DNA of 64,000 nt from Felis catus (Eukaryota): NCBI RefSeq assembly GCF_018350175.1, contig NC_058368.1, positions 117,058,001 to 117,122,000 on the forward strand, written 5' to 3'. Position numbers and translations under genes: made by a program. The notes beneath the pieces are model-generated. The model was not told the origin of the DNA. It did no database searches and saw only the letters and a list, made by a program, of their open reading frames with translations. Positions 31,897 to 44,684 of the stretch are shown piece by piece (within the stretch, counting starts at the first letter, position 1; each line of letters begins with the position of its first letter).

Positions 31897-34317
31897 ATGG
31901 TGATTCGGGGGAAGCAGCCCAGCTGCAGTGAACTGTTCCTGCTGTGCCTTTTTCTGGGGCTGTTGTTGGAAGCTTGGGCCGGGAAGATCCAATACATGGT
32001 GCCAGAAGAGACAGACAAAGCATTCTTTGTGGGCAACATCGCCAAAGACCTGGGGTTACAACCTCAGGAGCTCACGGAGCACAGAGTTCGCATCATCTCC
32101 AGAGGTAGGACGCAGCTTTTTGCTCTGAATCATCGAAGTGGCAGCTTGGTCACAGCGGGCAGGATAGACCGGGAGGAGCTCTGTGCTCAGAGTGTGCGGT
32201 GTCTGGTGAGTTTTAACATCTTGGTAGAGGATAAAATGAAGCTTTACCCTGTTGAAGTGGAAATAATTGATATTAATGACAACACTCCCCAATTTCAGTT
32301 AGAGGAAGTAGAATTTAAAATGAATGAAATAACTACTCCAGGTACCAGGATCCCTCTGCCTTTTGGGCAAGACCTTGATGTTGGTATGAATTCACTGCAG
32401 AACTACCAGCTAAGCTCCAACCCTCATTTCTCCCTGGATGTTCAGCAGGGATCTGATGGATCCCGATACCCAGAGATGGTGCTACAGAGTCCCCTGGATA
32501 GGGAAGAAGAAGCTGTGCACCACCTCGTCCTCACCGCCTCTGATGGGGGCAACCCAGTCCGTTCAGGAACCCTCCGCATTCATGTTCAGGTGGTAGATGC
32601 AAATGACAACCCTCCAGCATTTACTCAAACACAGTACCACATGAGTGTCCCGGAAAATGTGCCACTGGGCACTCGGCTGCTTACGGTAAAAGCTACTGAC
32701 CCAGATGAAGGAGCCAATGGGGAAGTAACATACTCATTTCACAATATAGACCAGAAAATAGCCCAGATATTTCAATTGGATTCTGACACAGGAGAAATAT
32801 CAAATAAAGAATCCCTGGATTTTGAAGAATACAAAATTTATCCAATGGAAATTCAAGCTCAGGATGGTGCAGGCCTCATGGCCAGAGCTAAGGTGCTAGT
32901 CAAAGTTCTGGACATAAATGATAATGCCCCAGAGGTAACCATGACATCTGTCACCACTGCAGTCCCAGAAAACTTTCCTCCTGGAACTATCATTGCTCTT
33001 ATCAGTGTGCATGACCAAGACTCTGGAGACAATGGTGACACTACATGTTCCATTCCTGAAAATCTACCCTTTAAATTAGAAAAGTTAGATGATAATTATT
33101 ACCATTTAGTGACAGAAAGAACACTGGACAGAGAACTTACCTCCAGGTACAACATCACAGTAACAGCAACAGATAAGGGAATTCCAACTCTATCTACGGA
33201 AACCCACATTTCACTGAAAGTGACAGATATCAACGACAACCCCCCTTGTTTTCCCCAGGATTCCTACTCTATCTTCATTCCGGAAAACAATCCCAGAGGT
33301 GCCTCCATCTTCTCCTTGACAGCTCAGGATGCTGACACCAATGAGAATGCACTAGTCACTTACTCCTTGGCAGAGGACACCATTCAGGGGGCGCCACTAT
33401 CCTCCTACATTTCCATCAACTCAGACACTGGCATTTTATATGCCCTGCGATCCTTCGATTATGAACAGTTCCGGGACCTTCATCTGAGAGTGATGGCGTA
33501 TGACAACGGGGATCCCCGACTCAGCAGCAATGTGTCGCTGAGCCTGTTTGTGCTGGACCAGAACGACAATACGCCAGAAATCCTGTACCCAGCGCTCCCC
33601 ACCGACGGTTCCACAGGCGTGGAGCTGGCGCCCCGATCCGCAGAGCCCGGATACCTGGTGACTAAGGTGGTGGCAGTGGACAGAGACTCTGGCCAGAACG
33701 CCTGGCTGTCCTACCGTCTACTCAAGGCCAGCGAGCCAGGGCTCTTCACGGTGGGGCTGCACACGGGCGAGGTGCGCACTGCACGGGCCCTGCTGGACAG
33801 AGATGCGCTCAAGCAGAGCCTGGTGGTGGCTGTGCAAGACCACGGCCAACCCCCTCTCTCGGCCACCGTCACGCTCACCGTGGCCGTAGCTGACAACATC
33901 CCAGATGTCCTGGCAGACCTGGGCAGTCTCGAGCCCTCAGCGGACCCTGACTCCTCAGGCCTCACGCTGTACCTGGTGGTGGCGGTGGCTGCAGTCTCCT
34001 GCATCTTTCTGGCCTTTGTGATCGTGCTGCTGGGACTCAGGCTGAGGCGCTGGCACTCGTCCCGTCTGCTCCAGGCTGCGGGGGTTGGATTGGCTGGCGT
34101 GCCCGCCACGCACTTTGTGGGCGTGGACGGGGTGGGGGCTTTCCTGCAGACCTATTCCCAGGAGGTCTCCCTCAGGGCGGACGCCCGAGAGAGTCACGTG
34201 ATCTTCCCCCAGCCCAACTATGCCGACACGCTCCTCAGCCAGGAGAGCTGTGGGAAAAGCGAGCCTCTGCTGATAACTCAGGATTTACTTGAAGGCAAAA
34301 AGGAAGCATTTTCTCAG
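31897..34317 (+). CDS. PCDHGA1: Protocadherin gamma-A1 variable first exon (signal peptide, EC1-6, TM, variable cytoplasmic domain)
   Basis: Six cadherin repeats (DRE, DxNDN, AxDxG motifs), gamma-A signature [16 protein letters not shown] segment; 2421 nt ending at phase-0 donor cag|gtaaac; first intact exon after TAF7. Confidence 0.9.
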
Positions 34318-35758
34318 GTAAACGTTTTGTAAATTTATCTAGATAAAAATAATTACAGAGTTTACTTACCTTTCACTTTTTACTACTAACAGTTCTATTT
34401 CCCACATAGCTTTGTAGATTTCTGTTTACAAATTCTGGGAAATTATCATTGTGTGTTTATATCCAGGTATAATTATAATTGCTATTTCATTGAAAAGGAA
34501 ACTGTAAATTAACTCTAATGTAGGTGATTGAGATGAGTATTGTGTGAGATGCTATGTTGGTTGTGGAAAGAGCACTGCATCAGAAACAAGAAGATCTGAC
34601 TTTTAATATTTTCTTGCTTTCCTCTGGCCAAATAATCTTATTTTTCTGAGTTTACCATTCTCTTACCTGGCAAGGATAGGGTTTAACTATAAAAGATCCA
34701 TCAATATTTATGTGACTAATAGTGTTTTCAAATTTTTCTCAGTTACAAATACTAATTTGTCCCTAAATTTAATATAGATGTTGTCTGTCAAAGTGCTATT
34801 TTATTTGGGGACGTTTGAAGAGGTAAAGATTGTCTAAAGTAATATTTTTATCTGTGTTAGGATTAAATTATACAAATCTATGTAAGTTGTAAATTTTTGT
34901 TGAATATCTTAGCCCTTTGCATAGTCTGTTATTTTTAGATATTTTATGCATGCTGAAGAATACACTAGATGTTTAAGTAACTTATGAAATGAGGTAATAA
35001 AGTGAACGATGGAAAATTTACTGTGCAACTTGAGAAATAGTTTCAGAGCCTCCTATCTTGTATATTATGCCCATAATGGAAACAACTGACACAAACTAAG
35101 AATATATTTCATTTTAATGTGTGTGTTAACTCTTCACAGGAAATGTATCATAGATGAGTCAGTCCATCCTTTGATATACTTACTCTGCTCCAGTAAATTA
35201 AAGAGATATACCAAATATAAAAAGAAGAAAGCCAAAGCATGGTAAGGCACAAATAAAAGATAAATATATTAATGGACCAAAGATGGAAAAGAAAGTGGTG
35301 AGCCAGGCTAAAGCTGTGGAAATTCTAGGCTTGGCTTAGATGCAGACATTGAAGGTCAACAGGTTGTTCCAGCACTATAACAGGAACAAAGTGCTTTGGG
35401 CTAAACAAGGGACCTGAGCCGCACATACTACTTGAATCTAAAATAAGCAGTTCAGCCCCTGAGCTAATTCAAATTGGCTGCCTGCCAATTCCTGTGGTGA
35501 CAACTTTTTGCAACCTGCAGACCAAGGGAGAGAGGTAGATCCAGATGCTGGCTTCAGAAAATGAACACTAAATTTCTTAGACTTGAGTTGTAATATTCAT
35601 AGTATTACAGCTGCACACCACTAAAAGACCTACTTATGGCCTGGGACCTGGGATAGAATAATTTCAAAACCATTTGAGACAAATCCCTGAACCCAGGAGG
35701 GAGGGAGAATGGGAGAGAAAGTAGAAGAAAAATACCAATTAAAAAAAAAAACTCTTCT

Positions 35759-35960
35759 GGGGCACCTGGGTGGCTTAGTCAATTGAGTGTCTCACTTCAG
35801 CTCAGGTCATGATCTCATGGTTGTTCAGTTAGAGCCCCGCATCTGGGCTTGGGGGCTTGCTGATGTCAGCACAGAACTGACAGGAATCCTCTGTCCCCCT
35901 CTCTCTCTGCCCCTCCCCTGCTCATGCTCTCTTTCAAAAATAAAGTAAAATAAAATAAAA
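35759..35960 (+). mobile_element. Can-SINE
   Basis: Typical head and tail. Confidence 0.85.
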
Positions 35961-36229
35961 TACTCTTCCACTTAAAATAAATGTACAAACCAAAATGTTG
36001 AAACACATTGTCTTCTAGAGTTATTGTTGCTAATGAGATACTTTCAACAAATTGTCATTTTTAAGTTATCTCCATTTTCTCTCTGAAGGCTTTAAAAATT
36101 TTTCTCTGATTCTTGTTGTATGTCTAAGTGTTGATTTTTATTTTTATTATCTGTTTGGAGTATACTTTCTATTAATAATATAAGTTATTTCAATTCTGGA
36201 TTTTCTCAGCTCCTATTAATGAAAAATTT

Positions 36230-37503
36230 TGCTTCTATGTGTATCTTACAATTTTATTTATTATACCTCAATAAAGCTGGAAAAATTACAAAGCAAACAT
36301 TTAAAAATAGTAAAAGGAAACAAAAAAAGTTTGGACATTTAAATCTATACTCCTATATTACTCTTGGATTTAAGAAAATCACAATGGAAATAAGAACTAC
36401 TGTAGAAAGGAACAAAAATTAAAATATTATTAAAATTGTGGAATACAGCTAAAAGAGTATTTAGGGGTAAATTTATTGACAAATACAATAACTAAAAGTT
36501 AAACAAAACAAATTATTTAAAATAAGTGAATTTAGCAAGCCACTCAAGAAACAAGGCAAAAAAACCCACATTATATCAGCATAAACTTAAAGAAAATAAT
36601 AGGACAAATAACCAAGGTAAGAGTATAAATTATTGATATGCAAACAAGGAAGAATGCTAATGAAAAAGCAATAGAGGGGCGCCTGGGTGGCTCAGTCAGT
36701 TGAGCATACGACTTCAGCTCAGGTCATGATCTCACAGCTCATGAGTTTGAGCCCTGCTTTGTCAGGCTCTGTGCAGACAGCTCAGAGCCTGGAGCCTGCT
36801 TAGGATTCTGTGTTTCCCTCTTTCTCTGCCCCTCCACTACTTGTGTTCTGTCTCTCTCTCTCAAAAAAAATAAACAAACATTAATTTTTTTTTTTAACAA
36901 TAGAAGCAGACAGTAAAAGTCATACTGAAACTGGTGGGAAGAAATTAAAATTCTGTCAAGTCCAATGGTGGGACTAATATACAGTAGGCAGATGTCATGG
37001 CTAAAATTCTTTTTAAAGATTTTAAAAGAAAACCCCAAATTCTGATTAAAAACAAAGTCTTGGAAAAGGATAAAGAAAAGCAAGAGAAACTGGGGAAAAA
37101 ATAAAACAACTTGATAAAAAGCAAGAAGAATGAGCGGGAAATAATATACAGAGTAAAACTAGATATTGTCAAAGACAAAGAACAGATAATCTTTAGAGAG
37201 CTACAATAAGGGATGTTGAACAATTATTTAATGAGACTTGAAAGCATCAAAACAATGTTGATGAAAATATTTTTAAAAACCTAAGAAAAAGTGGAGGCCC
37301 TACTAGAAAACAAGGTGAGTTGATATCAATTGTTTGCAATTTTTTCCATTCTCAGAGGAATGGGTAAAAGTAAAATTGGGGGCACCTGGGTGGCTCAGTT
37401 GGTTGAGCATCCAACTCTTGATTTCAGCTCTGGTCATGATCCCAAGGTCATAGGATCCAGCCCTGAGTTGGGCTCTGCCCTGAGTGTGGAGCCTGTTTGG
37501 GAT

Positions 37504-37543
<40 letters not shown>

Positions 37544-38260
37544 CCTTCCCCTCTGTCCCTCTCCCCAGCTCTGTCTCAAAAAAAAAAAAAAAAAAAAAGT
37601 AAAAATGGTAAAAGTTCAACACGGAAGAAACCCAAAGGCAAACAGACTGAAGTGATACAGAAGTGGGCAATCTCACTTAAGAATGTTGATTTAGAAGCAC
37701 CTGACTGGCTCAGTTGGAAGAGCATGTGAATCTTGATTTTGATGTCTTGATTTTGAACCCCACATTGGGTATAGAGATTACTTAAAAAATATATTTTTTA
37801 AAAAGAACGTTGATTCAAAATCTTAATTAAGATATTATCAAACCCTACCTACTATATATTTAAAAGCTTTGTTTATAGCTTATGACTTAAGGTTTATTTC
37901 AGGAATGCAAGGATATTCCAATATAAGAAAATCTAATAAGGCAAAACTCCATATTAAGAGATCAAAGATAAAAAGCCATACATTCATTTAAATAGAGACA
38001 TAATAAAGCTCTTGAGAATATTCAGCATGTGATTAAAATCTTAGAAAACTAGGAATTGAAGAAAATATCCTTAACTTGAAGAATACCTATCAAAAACTTA
38101 CAGAACCACCCAAGCAATCTACAGGTTCAATGCAATCCCTATCAAAACCCCAATGACTTGTTTTGCAGAAATAGAAAAAAGCCCATTCTAAAATTCATAC
38201 AAAGTAGCAAGAAACTTCAAATAACCAAAACAATCTTGAACAAGAAGAACAAAGAACAAA
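36230..38260 (+). mobile_element. Fragmented old LINE-1 ORF2 sequence with nested Can-SINEs (36676-~36880, 37378-~37600, ~37695-37800)
   Basis: A-rich L1-like pieces (atttcaggaatgcaaggat; caatctacaggttcaatgcaatccctatcaaaa...ttctaaaattcat...ccaaaacaatcttgaacaagaagaacaaag) and clear SINE heads. Confidence 0.65.
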
Positions 38261-38970
38261 CCTCCTTCAATTTCCTTAATGTTCCATTCTTGCTCTCACC
38301 TCCAAGCATTGGTACTGAGGTTCTAGAACACCACTCCAGCCTCTTCTTGACCCATTCCTACCCTTTAGGAGTCATCTTCAATAATGTCTTGGAAAAGTAT
38401 TGACCCACCCTTCTCATTGCCTAGTGGTCCCCACCTTTGTATCAGTTAGCATATTGTATTGAAATACTCTGTTTACTTTCCTGTGTCCTCTCCTATCCTG
38501 TAAGCTCCCTGAGAACAAGAACTGTGTTCATCACGTTCACCATTTCTTTCTCCAGCATCAATCAGGCATTGGTGTCAGGTATACAGTAGTGTCTGATAAT
38601 TTTTAAAATACAGATGTTGAAGTTAAATCCTAAGCCATGAAGCACAGAAATCCAAAATGTATAGCCTTAGAAGATAAATTAGCTAATGTTCTAAAGTTGA
38701 TCTTATTGCCTTTGAATATAAAATAAGTTGAAGATATTTGGAGCAAGGGTAGTGGCAGCCTTGATTAATGCCTTTAGTGTTCACTAGGCATACTTTCCTA
38801 CCAACTACTATCAAGGTCACATTTGTTTACACATTCTTATTAATCCTGAGAAAAAGATTCCTGACTTGAAAGAGCTACTTCTAAGGTATGGTAAAACTCT
38901 TAAGATTCTTCAAAGCAACTTGAAAGTCACAAAGCTAACAAGCAAGAAATGACTTGGGTTTGCCTAAAAG

Positions 38971-39011
38971 GGTGCAGAAATTACTTAGGCCTCTGAGCGT
39001 CGCTGTTGACC
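38971..39011 (+). promoter_or_regulatory. CSE of the PCDHGA2 promoter
   Basis: ggtgcagaaa...ggcctctgagcgtcgctgttgacc. Confidence 0.85.
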
Positions 39012-39245
39012 ACCTAAGAAGTAAAAGGCTGCAACACATCCAGTCCAACATTCCGGCTCCCACAACAGAAGGACTGGGTATTTGGCCCCCAAGCTTCCGG
39101 GCGGAAAAAAAAAATGCAGCAGACCGAATTTCTCTCTGCAGTGACCTGGGTCCTGTGAATGCTGATCCCCACAGACCCTGAGGAATACAGAGGAATAAAA
39201 CTGGATGCTGGAAGTTGCCTGGGAGAAAAGATTGCAGCAGAAGAA

Positions 39246-41666
39246 ATGGCGGCTCTGCAAAAGTTATCACAACGCGGAAGGCTTGATCGGCTGTATTTTC
39301 TTTTGGTGGTTTTGTGGGAGGCCGGAGCTGGACAGATGCACTATTCTGTGCCAGAAGAGATTGACAAAGGCTCCTTCGTGGGCGACATCGCCAAGGACCT
39401 GGGGCTGGAGCCCCTGACACTGGCAGAGCGTGGAGTCCGCATCGTCTCCAGAGGTAGGACGCAGCTCTTTGCTCTGAACCCGCGAAGCGGCAGTTTGGTT
39501 ACCGCAGGCAGGATAGACCGAGAGGCGCTCTGTGCTCAGAGCGCGCAGTGCCTGGTGAATTTTAACATACTCCTGGAAGACAAATTTAATATTTATTCAG
39601 TAGAAGTGGAAATAACAGATATTAACGATAATGCCCCTCGCTTTGGTGTAGATGAACTAGAGCTAAAAATCAGTGAAACCACTACGCCAGGATTCCGAAT
39701 TCCTCTAAAGAGTGCGCACGATGCAGACGTAGGAGAAAACACACTTCAGAAGTACGAACTGAACCCAAATGACCACTTTTCCCTGGTTGTGCGAAGCGGA
39801 GTGGATGGGAACAAGTACCCTGAGCTGGTGCTGGAGCTCGCCCTGGACCGCGAAGAGAAGGCTGTTCACCACCTCGTCCTTGTGGCTTTGGATGGGGGCA
39901 GCCCGGTCCTATCTGGCACCTCCCGCATCCACGTGACTGTCCTGGATGTGAACGACAACGCACCTATATTTACACAGCCTGAGTACCGTGTAAGTGTTCC
40001 TGAGAGTATGCCCGTAGGTACCCGGATACTCACAGTCACCGCCACTGACACAGATGAGGGATACAATGCCCAAGTAGCATATTTTCAAGAGAAAAATCCT
40101 GGAGAAACCTCAGAGATATTTGAGCTTGAGTCGACATCTGGAGATATAACAATCATACAGAGTCTAGATTATGAAGATGCCAAAGTCCATGAAATTGATA
40201 TTGAAGCTCAGGATGGTCCGGGCCTTCTGACCAGAACAAAGGTTATTGTGACTGTTCTGGATGTGAATGACAATGCCCCAGAATTTTACATGACATCTTC
40301 TACCAGTTCAATTCCTGAAGGCTCTCCTCCAGGAACCATAATTGCACTTTTTAATGTACATGACAGAGACTCTGGGCAGAATGCATTTATCACATGCTCA
40401 CTCCCAGAGAACCTTCCTTTCAAGTTAGAAAGATCAGTGGACAATTACCACCGACTGGTTACAACCAGAGCCCTTGACAGGGAACAGTTTTCCTCTTACA
40501 ACGTCACTGTGACTGCTAAAGATGGAGGAAAACCATCTCTGTCCACGGATGCTTACATTACGCTGCAGGTGGCAGACATTAATGACAACCCACCCACCTT
40601 CCCTCACATGTCCTACTCTGCCTACATTCCTGAAAACAATCCCAGGGGTGCTTCCATCATTTCTGTGGTGGCCCATGACCCTGACAGTGATGATAATGCC
40701 CATGTAACTTACTCTTTGACTGAAGACACTCTTCAGGATGCACCCCTGTCCTCTTACATCTCCATCAACTCTGACACTGGCGTCCTGTATGCATTGCGCT
40801 CCTTTGACTATGAGCAGTTCCAGGATTTGCACCTGAGGTTGACTGCATGGGACAATGGGAACCCGCCCCTCAGCAGCAACGTGTCATTGAGTATATTCGT
40901 GCTGGACCAGAATGACAACGCACCAGAAATCCTGTACCCCGCCCTCCCCACCGACGGTTCCACAGGCGTGGAGCTGGCGCCCCGATCCGCAGAGCCCGGA
41001 TACCTGGTGACCAAGGTGGTGGCGGTGGACAGAGACTCTGGCCAGAACGCCTGGCTGTCCTACCGTCTGCTTAAGGCCAGCGAGCCAGGGCTTTTTACGG
41101 TGGGGCTGCACACGGGCGAGGTGCGCACTGCACGGGCCCTGCTGGACAGAGATGCGCTCAAGCAGAGCCTGGTGGTGGTGGTGCAGGACCATGGCCAGCC
41201 CCCTCTCTCGGCCACCGTCACGCTCACAGTGGCCGTAGCCGACAACATCCCAGACGTCCTGGCCGATCTGGGCAGCACCAGGACCCCCGCCGACCCAAAT
41301 GATTCTGACCTCACACTGTACCTGGTAGTGGCGGTGGCCGCAGTCTCCTGCGTCTTCCTCGCCTTTGTCATCGTGCTGCTGGGACTCAGGTTGAGGCGCT
41401 GGCACTCATCCCGTCTGCTCCAGGCTTCAGGAGGCGGGCTGGTGGGCGTGCCCGCCTCTCACTTTGTGGGCGTGGACGGGGTGCGGGCTTTCCTGCAGAC
41501 CTATTCCCACCAGGTCTCCCTCACCGCGGACTCCGGGGAGAGTCACGTGATCTTCCCCCAGCCCAACTATGCCGACATGCTCCTCAGCCAGGAGAGCTGT
41601 GAGAAAAACGATTTTCTATCATCACCTCAGTCTTTACTTGAAGACAAAGGAGAAGAAACATCCAAG
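39246..41666 (+). CDS. PCDHGA2: Protocadherin gamma-A2 variable first exon
   Basis: ATG in strong context (gaaATGg; MAALQKL...), six cadherin repeats, TM; 2421 nt to phase-0 donor aag|gtaaac. Confidence 0.9.
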
Positions 41667-42445
41667 GTAAACTCCCTTCACGGTATACTTATGAGGCATT
41701 GCTAAAATAAATAGATATGTTTATTTACTCCGCTGCCTCCATTGTTTACCACATGTTTTCTGTTTTGCATATTTAGTTGTCAATATATCCCTTTTAAGGA
41801 CATGAGTCCTGGTGAATTATTTCTCAGTAGTTCTAAGTGTTTACACCTTGTACGGGGGAAGAGGAGGCTAGAATCATTGTATCATGAATTTAAATCAGGA
41901 GTTAGTAATGGGTGAATATTATATTTAGGTTATCAAAGAGCATTGCATTAGGAAATGGTGTATCTGGTTTCTCATACTTTCTTTCTCCTCCCTGGGAAAA
42001 TCTTCTTGTCTACCTGGATCAATAATTCTTTCTCTATTAAAAATATGAAGATTGAGGGGCGGCTGGCTGGCTCAGTCAGCAAAGCATGCTACTCTTGATC
42101 TTGGGGTGGGTAGTTTGAGCTCCATATGGTGGTAGAGTTTATTTAAAAAAAAAAAAAAAGGAAGTCTGAATTTTATGTTTACTCAAGTGCTTTAAAATTC
42201 AAGGGTTTTGTTTTATATTTTAACCTATGAATAATGAAACACTAGTTGTCTAATGCCTTCACTCAGTTGTAATATTTTTCCTTCAGTTTGACAGTGAGTT
42301 TCTTCATTTTATTTGATTCATATGACCTTCCCTATTTAAAATATGGAAATTTAGAAATATATATGTTCACTGTGTCTTAGGAAAGTATGTCATGGTATCT
42401 CCATGTAATTAAAAATCCCACTGACTTTTAAAGTAGCTCTGTGTT

Positions 42446-42650
42446 GGGGTGCCTGGGTAGCTCAGTCAGTTAAGTGTCTGACTTTGGCTCAGGCCATGAT
42501 CTCACAGTTCATAGGTTCGAGCCCTGCAATGGGCTCTGTGCTGACAGCTCAAAGCCTGGAACCTGCTTCAGATTCTGTGTCTCCCTCTCTCTCTGCCCCT
42601 CCCCAACTCACCCTCTGTCTCTCAAAAATGAACAAATGTTTAAAAAAAAG
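42446..42650 (+). mobile_element. Can-SINE (a short SINE also lies at ~42056-42160)
   Basis: Typical head and tail; TSD tttaaagtagctctgtgttgg. Confidence 0.88.
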
Positions 42651-43020
42651 TATTTAAAGTAGCTCTGTGTTGGTTGATGAAGTGATTGAATTCTTGTTTG
42701 CTCTATAATAAATGGGTAGTGCAATAGTAAACACATTTCTCTTTGATATTTTTATTTTCTCATATCTGGAAACCATATTTAATTTTTATCTTTAAAAATA
42801 ATATGTCCTCAAGGGATTCAGAGGCTATATCAAATAATAGCCCTTAAAGATCCTTCTTATATATCTCTCTTCTCAAAGATTCCTTCTCAGAACAACTGTT
42901 AAAAATATTTCCAATCCTTCACCTAACTTCAGTCTCCCTCACAACCACTGTCTTCCTTCCTCATTCCTCTTTCTATGTTGGCTTTTAGTGTTTCAGTTAT
43001 GTTTTTAATAATGAAGGACA

Positions 43021-43235
43021 GGGGCACCTGGGTGGCTTGGTCGGTTAAGCGTCTGACTTCGGCTCAGGTCATGATCTCACGGTCCGTGAGTTCGAGCCCC
43101 GCGTCGGGCTCTGGGCTGACAGCTCAGAGCCTGGAGCCTGTTTCAGATTCTGTGTCTCCCTCTCTCTCTGACCCTCCCCCGTTCATGCTCTGTCTCTCTC
43201 TGTCTCAAAAATAAAAATAAAAACGTTAAAAAAAT
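43021..43235 (+). mobile_element. Young SINEC_Fc-like element
   Basis: Near-consensus and CpG-retaining; TSD taataatgaag(g/a)aca. Confidence 0.92.
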
Positions 43236-44400
43236 TTAATAATGAAGAACAAAAAAATACACTAATATTCTATGTAACTGGGATCACTTTAAATTGTGAT
43301 TTGGAAGCAATCATATACTGAGTATTGTATTTAATGGTATTATCATCTTTCAAGGTGCTGTGATTTTTTATTATATTTTAGGGCATTTGAGGAGAGTTGA
43401 TCTGAGTCAATGCAGTCTCTTGTGTTTATTACTATTACATAATTCTCTATGAGCTAAAACTGGAACTCACTGTGGAATAATACATCATAACATCTTTACT
43501 TCTAAGTAATAAAGTTTAAACTGAGGAAAATTAAAGACAAAGTTTCTTTTAATGTGTATAGTATCTTTTCACAAGAATAAATGCCTTATGGATAAGTTTA
43601 TAACACTGCATAATTGAAATGACAAATATATTTCTATTTCTGTGTTTGGAGAGGAAAACAAATACAGAGAAAAGGTTTCTGGAACATAAAACAAAAGTTT
43701 ATCTCTACTAGTTTCAGTTTTGGTGTTTAAAAACCACCTTTACTCTAGATTTAGACAAAGTGAACTACTTCCAGTACTCTGAAGTTGTGTGATTTCTCTC
43801 TCACATCTAGAAATTGCCATACTGTTGTCTCTCATATCCAGGCCTTTTCCCTGATCCACTTTTCTCATGTTTCTTGGGAAAGCCTTTGCTAACCTCCAGG
43901 GCCAGGTTGGAGGCCCTCCCATTACCTTTGGTTTCTTCCATTATGGTAATTATCTCAGTGCACTGGAATTCCTTGTTTGATTTTATATCTACCTAGCTTT
44001 GGGGAGGAAGTGGTTATGTTCATATCATTTACCTTGAATCCTCACATATTGTCTAACACCCAATTATGTTTAATGAATGGGTTCAATTACAGATATTGAA
44101 ACTAAGATGTCAGGCTATCAAGGACAAACTTTAATGAGTATAACCTATAAATATAGCTGATATTTCTGTGTGGTTTTTAAACTTTGAACATTTCAAAACA
44201 GTAACTCCAGCATGTTTGAAGCAATATTAGTGGTCTTAAGGTTAGAGCATGGCTTCCTAAGGAACATACTTTAACATATATCATACTTTAACATATAACA
44301 ATTGAACTGTGTGAAATAGACACCAATCCCATTACCTCTGATACAGAAGATTTCGGGTGTTGGGAAACTTAAAAATCACTAACTTGGGTTTATCTGAAAG

Positions 44401-44441
44401 GGTGCAGTAAACCATTAGGCCTCTGAGTGTCGCTGCTGACC
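44401..44441 (+). promoter_or_regulatory. CSE of the PCDHGA3 promoter
   Basis: ggtgcagtaa...ggcctctgagtgtcgctgctgacc. Confidence 0.85.
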
Positions 44442-44684
44442 ACTCAAGGAGGAAAACGGGGCTGGCGAGCTTGTCCACCATTTCCTTGTTCCTAAAAAGC
44501 AAAGAACCAGTCAATCAGACTCCAGAAGATCCGAGCTGCTACAAAGCTTATCCTGTCAGTCAACCAGCTCTGTGACCCATAAAATAGGACCATAAAAGGC
44601 TTAGTTCCTTGAAAACAAATAAGATTTGAGTCCGTCGTGGGTAGTTGGAACGGAATTCACAGAAAATAATTCACCAAAGAAGAA

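Noticed and set aside
39159..39245. Longer N-terminus for PCDHGA2
   Set aside because: The ATG at 39159 has weak context and would push the signal peptide inward; the ATG at 39246 has strong context and gives the typical exon length. Use as an upstream start is not strictly excluded.
118..43214. Recurrent short ORFs such as MAQSVKRPTSAQVMIS, and tRNA-like A/B boxes
   Set aside because: These are translations and tRNA-derived heads of Can-SINEs, not genes or tRNAs.
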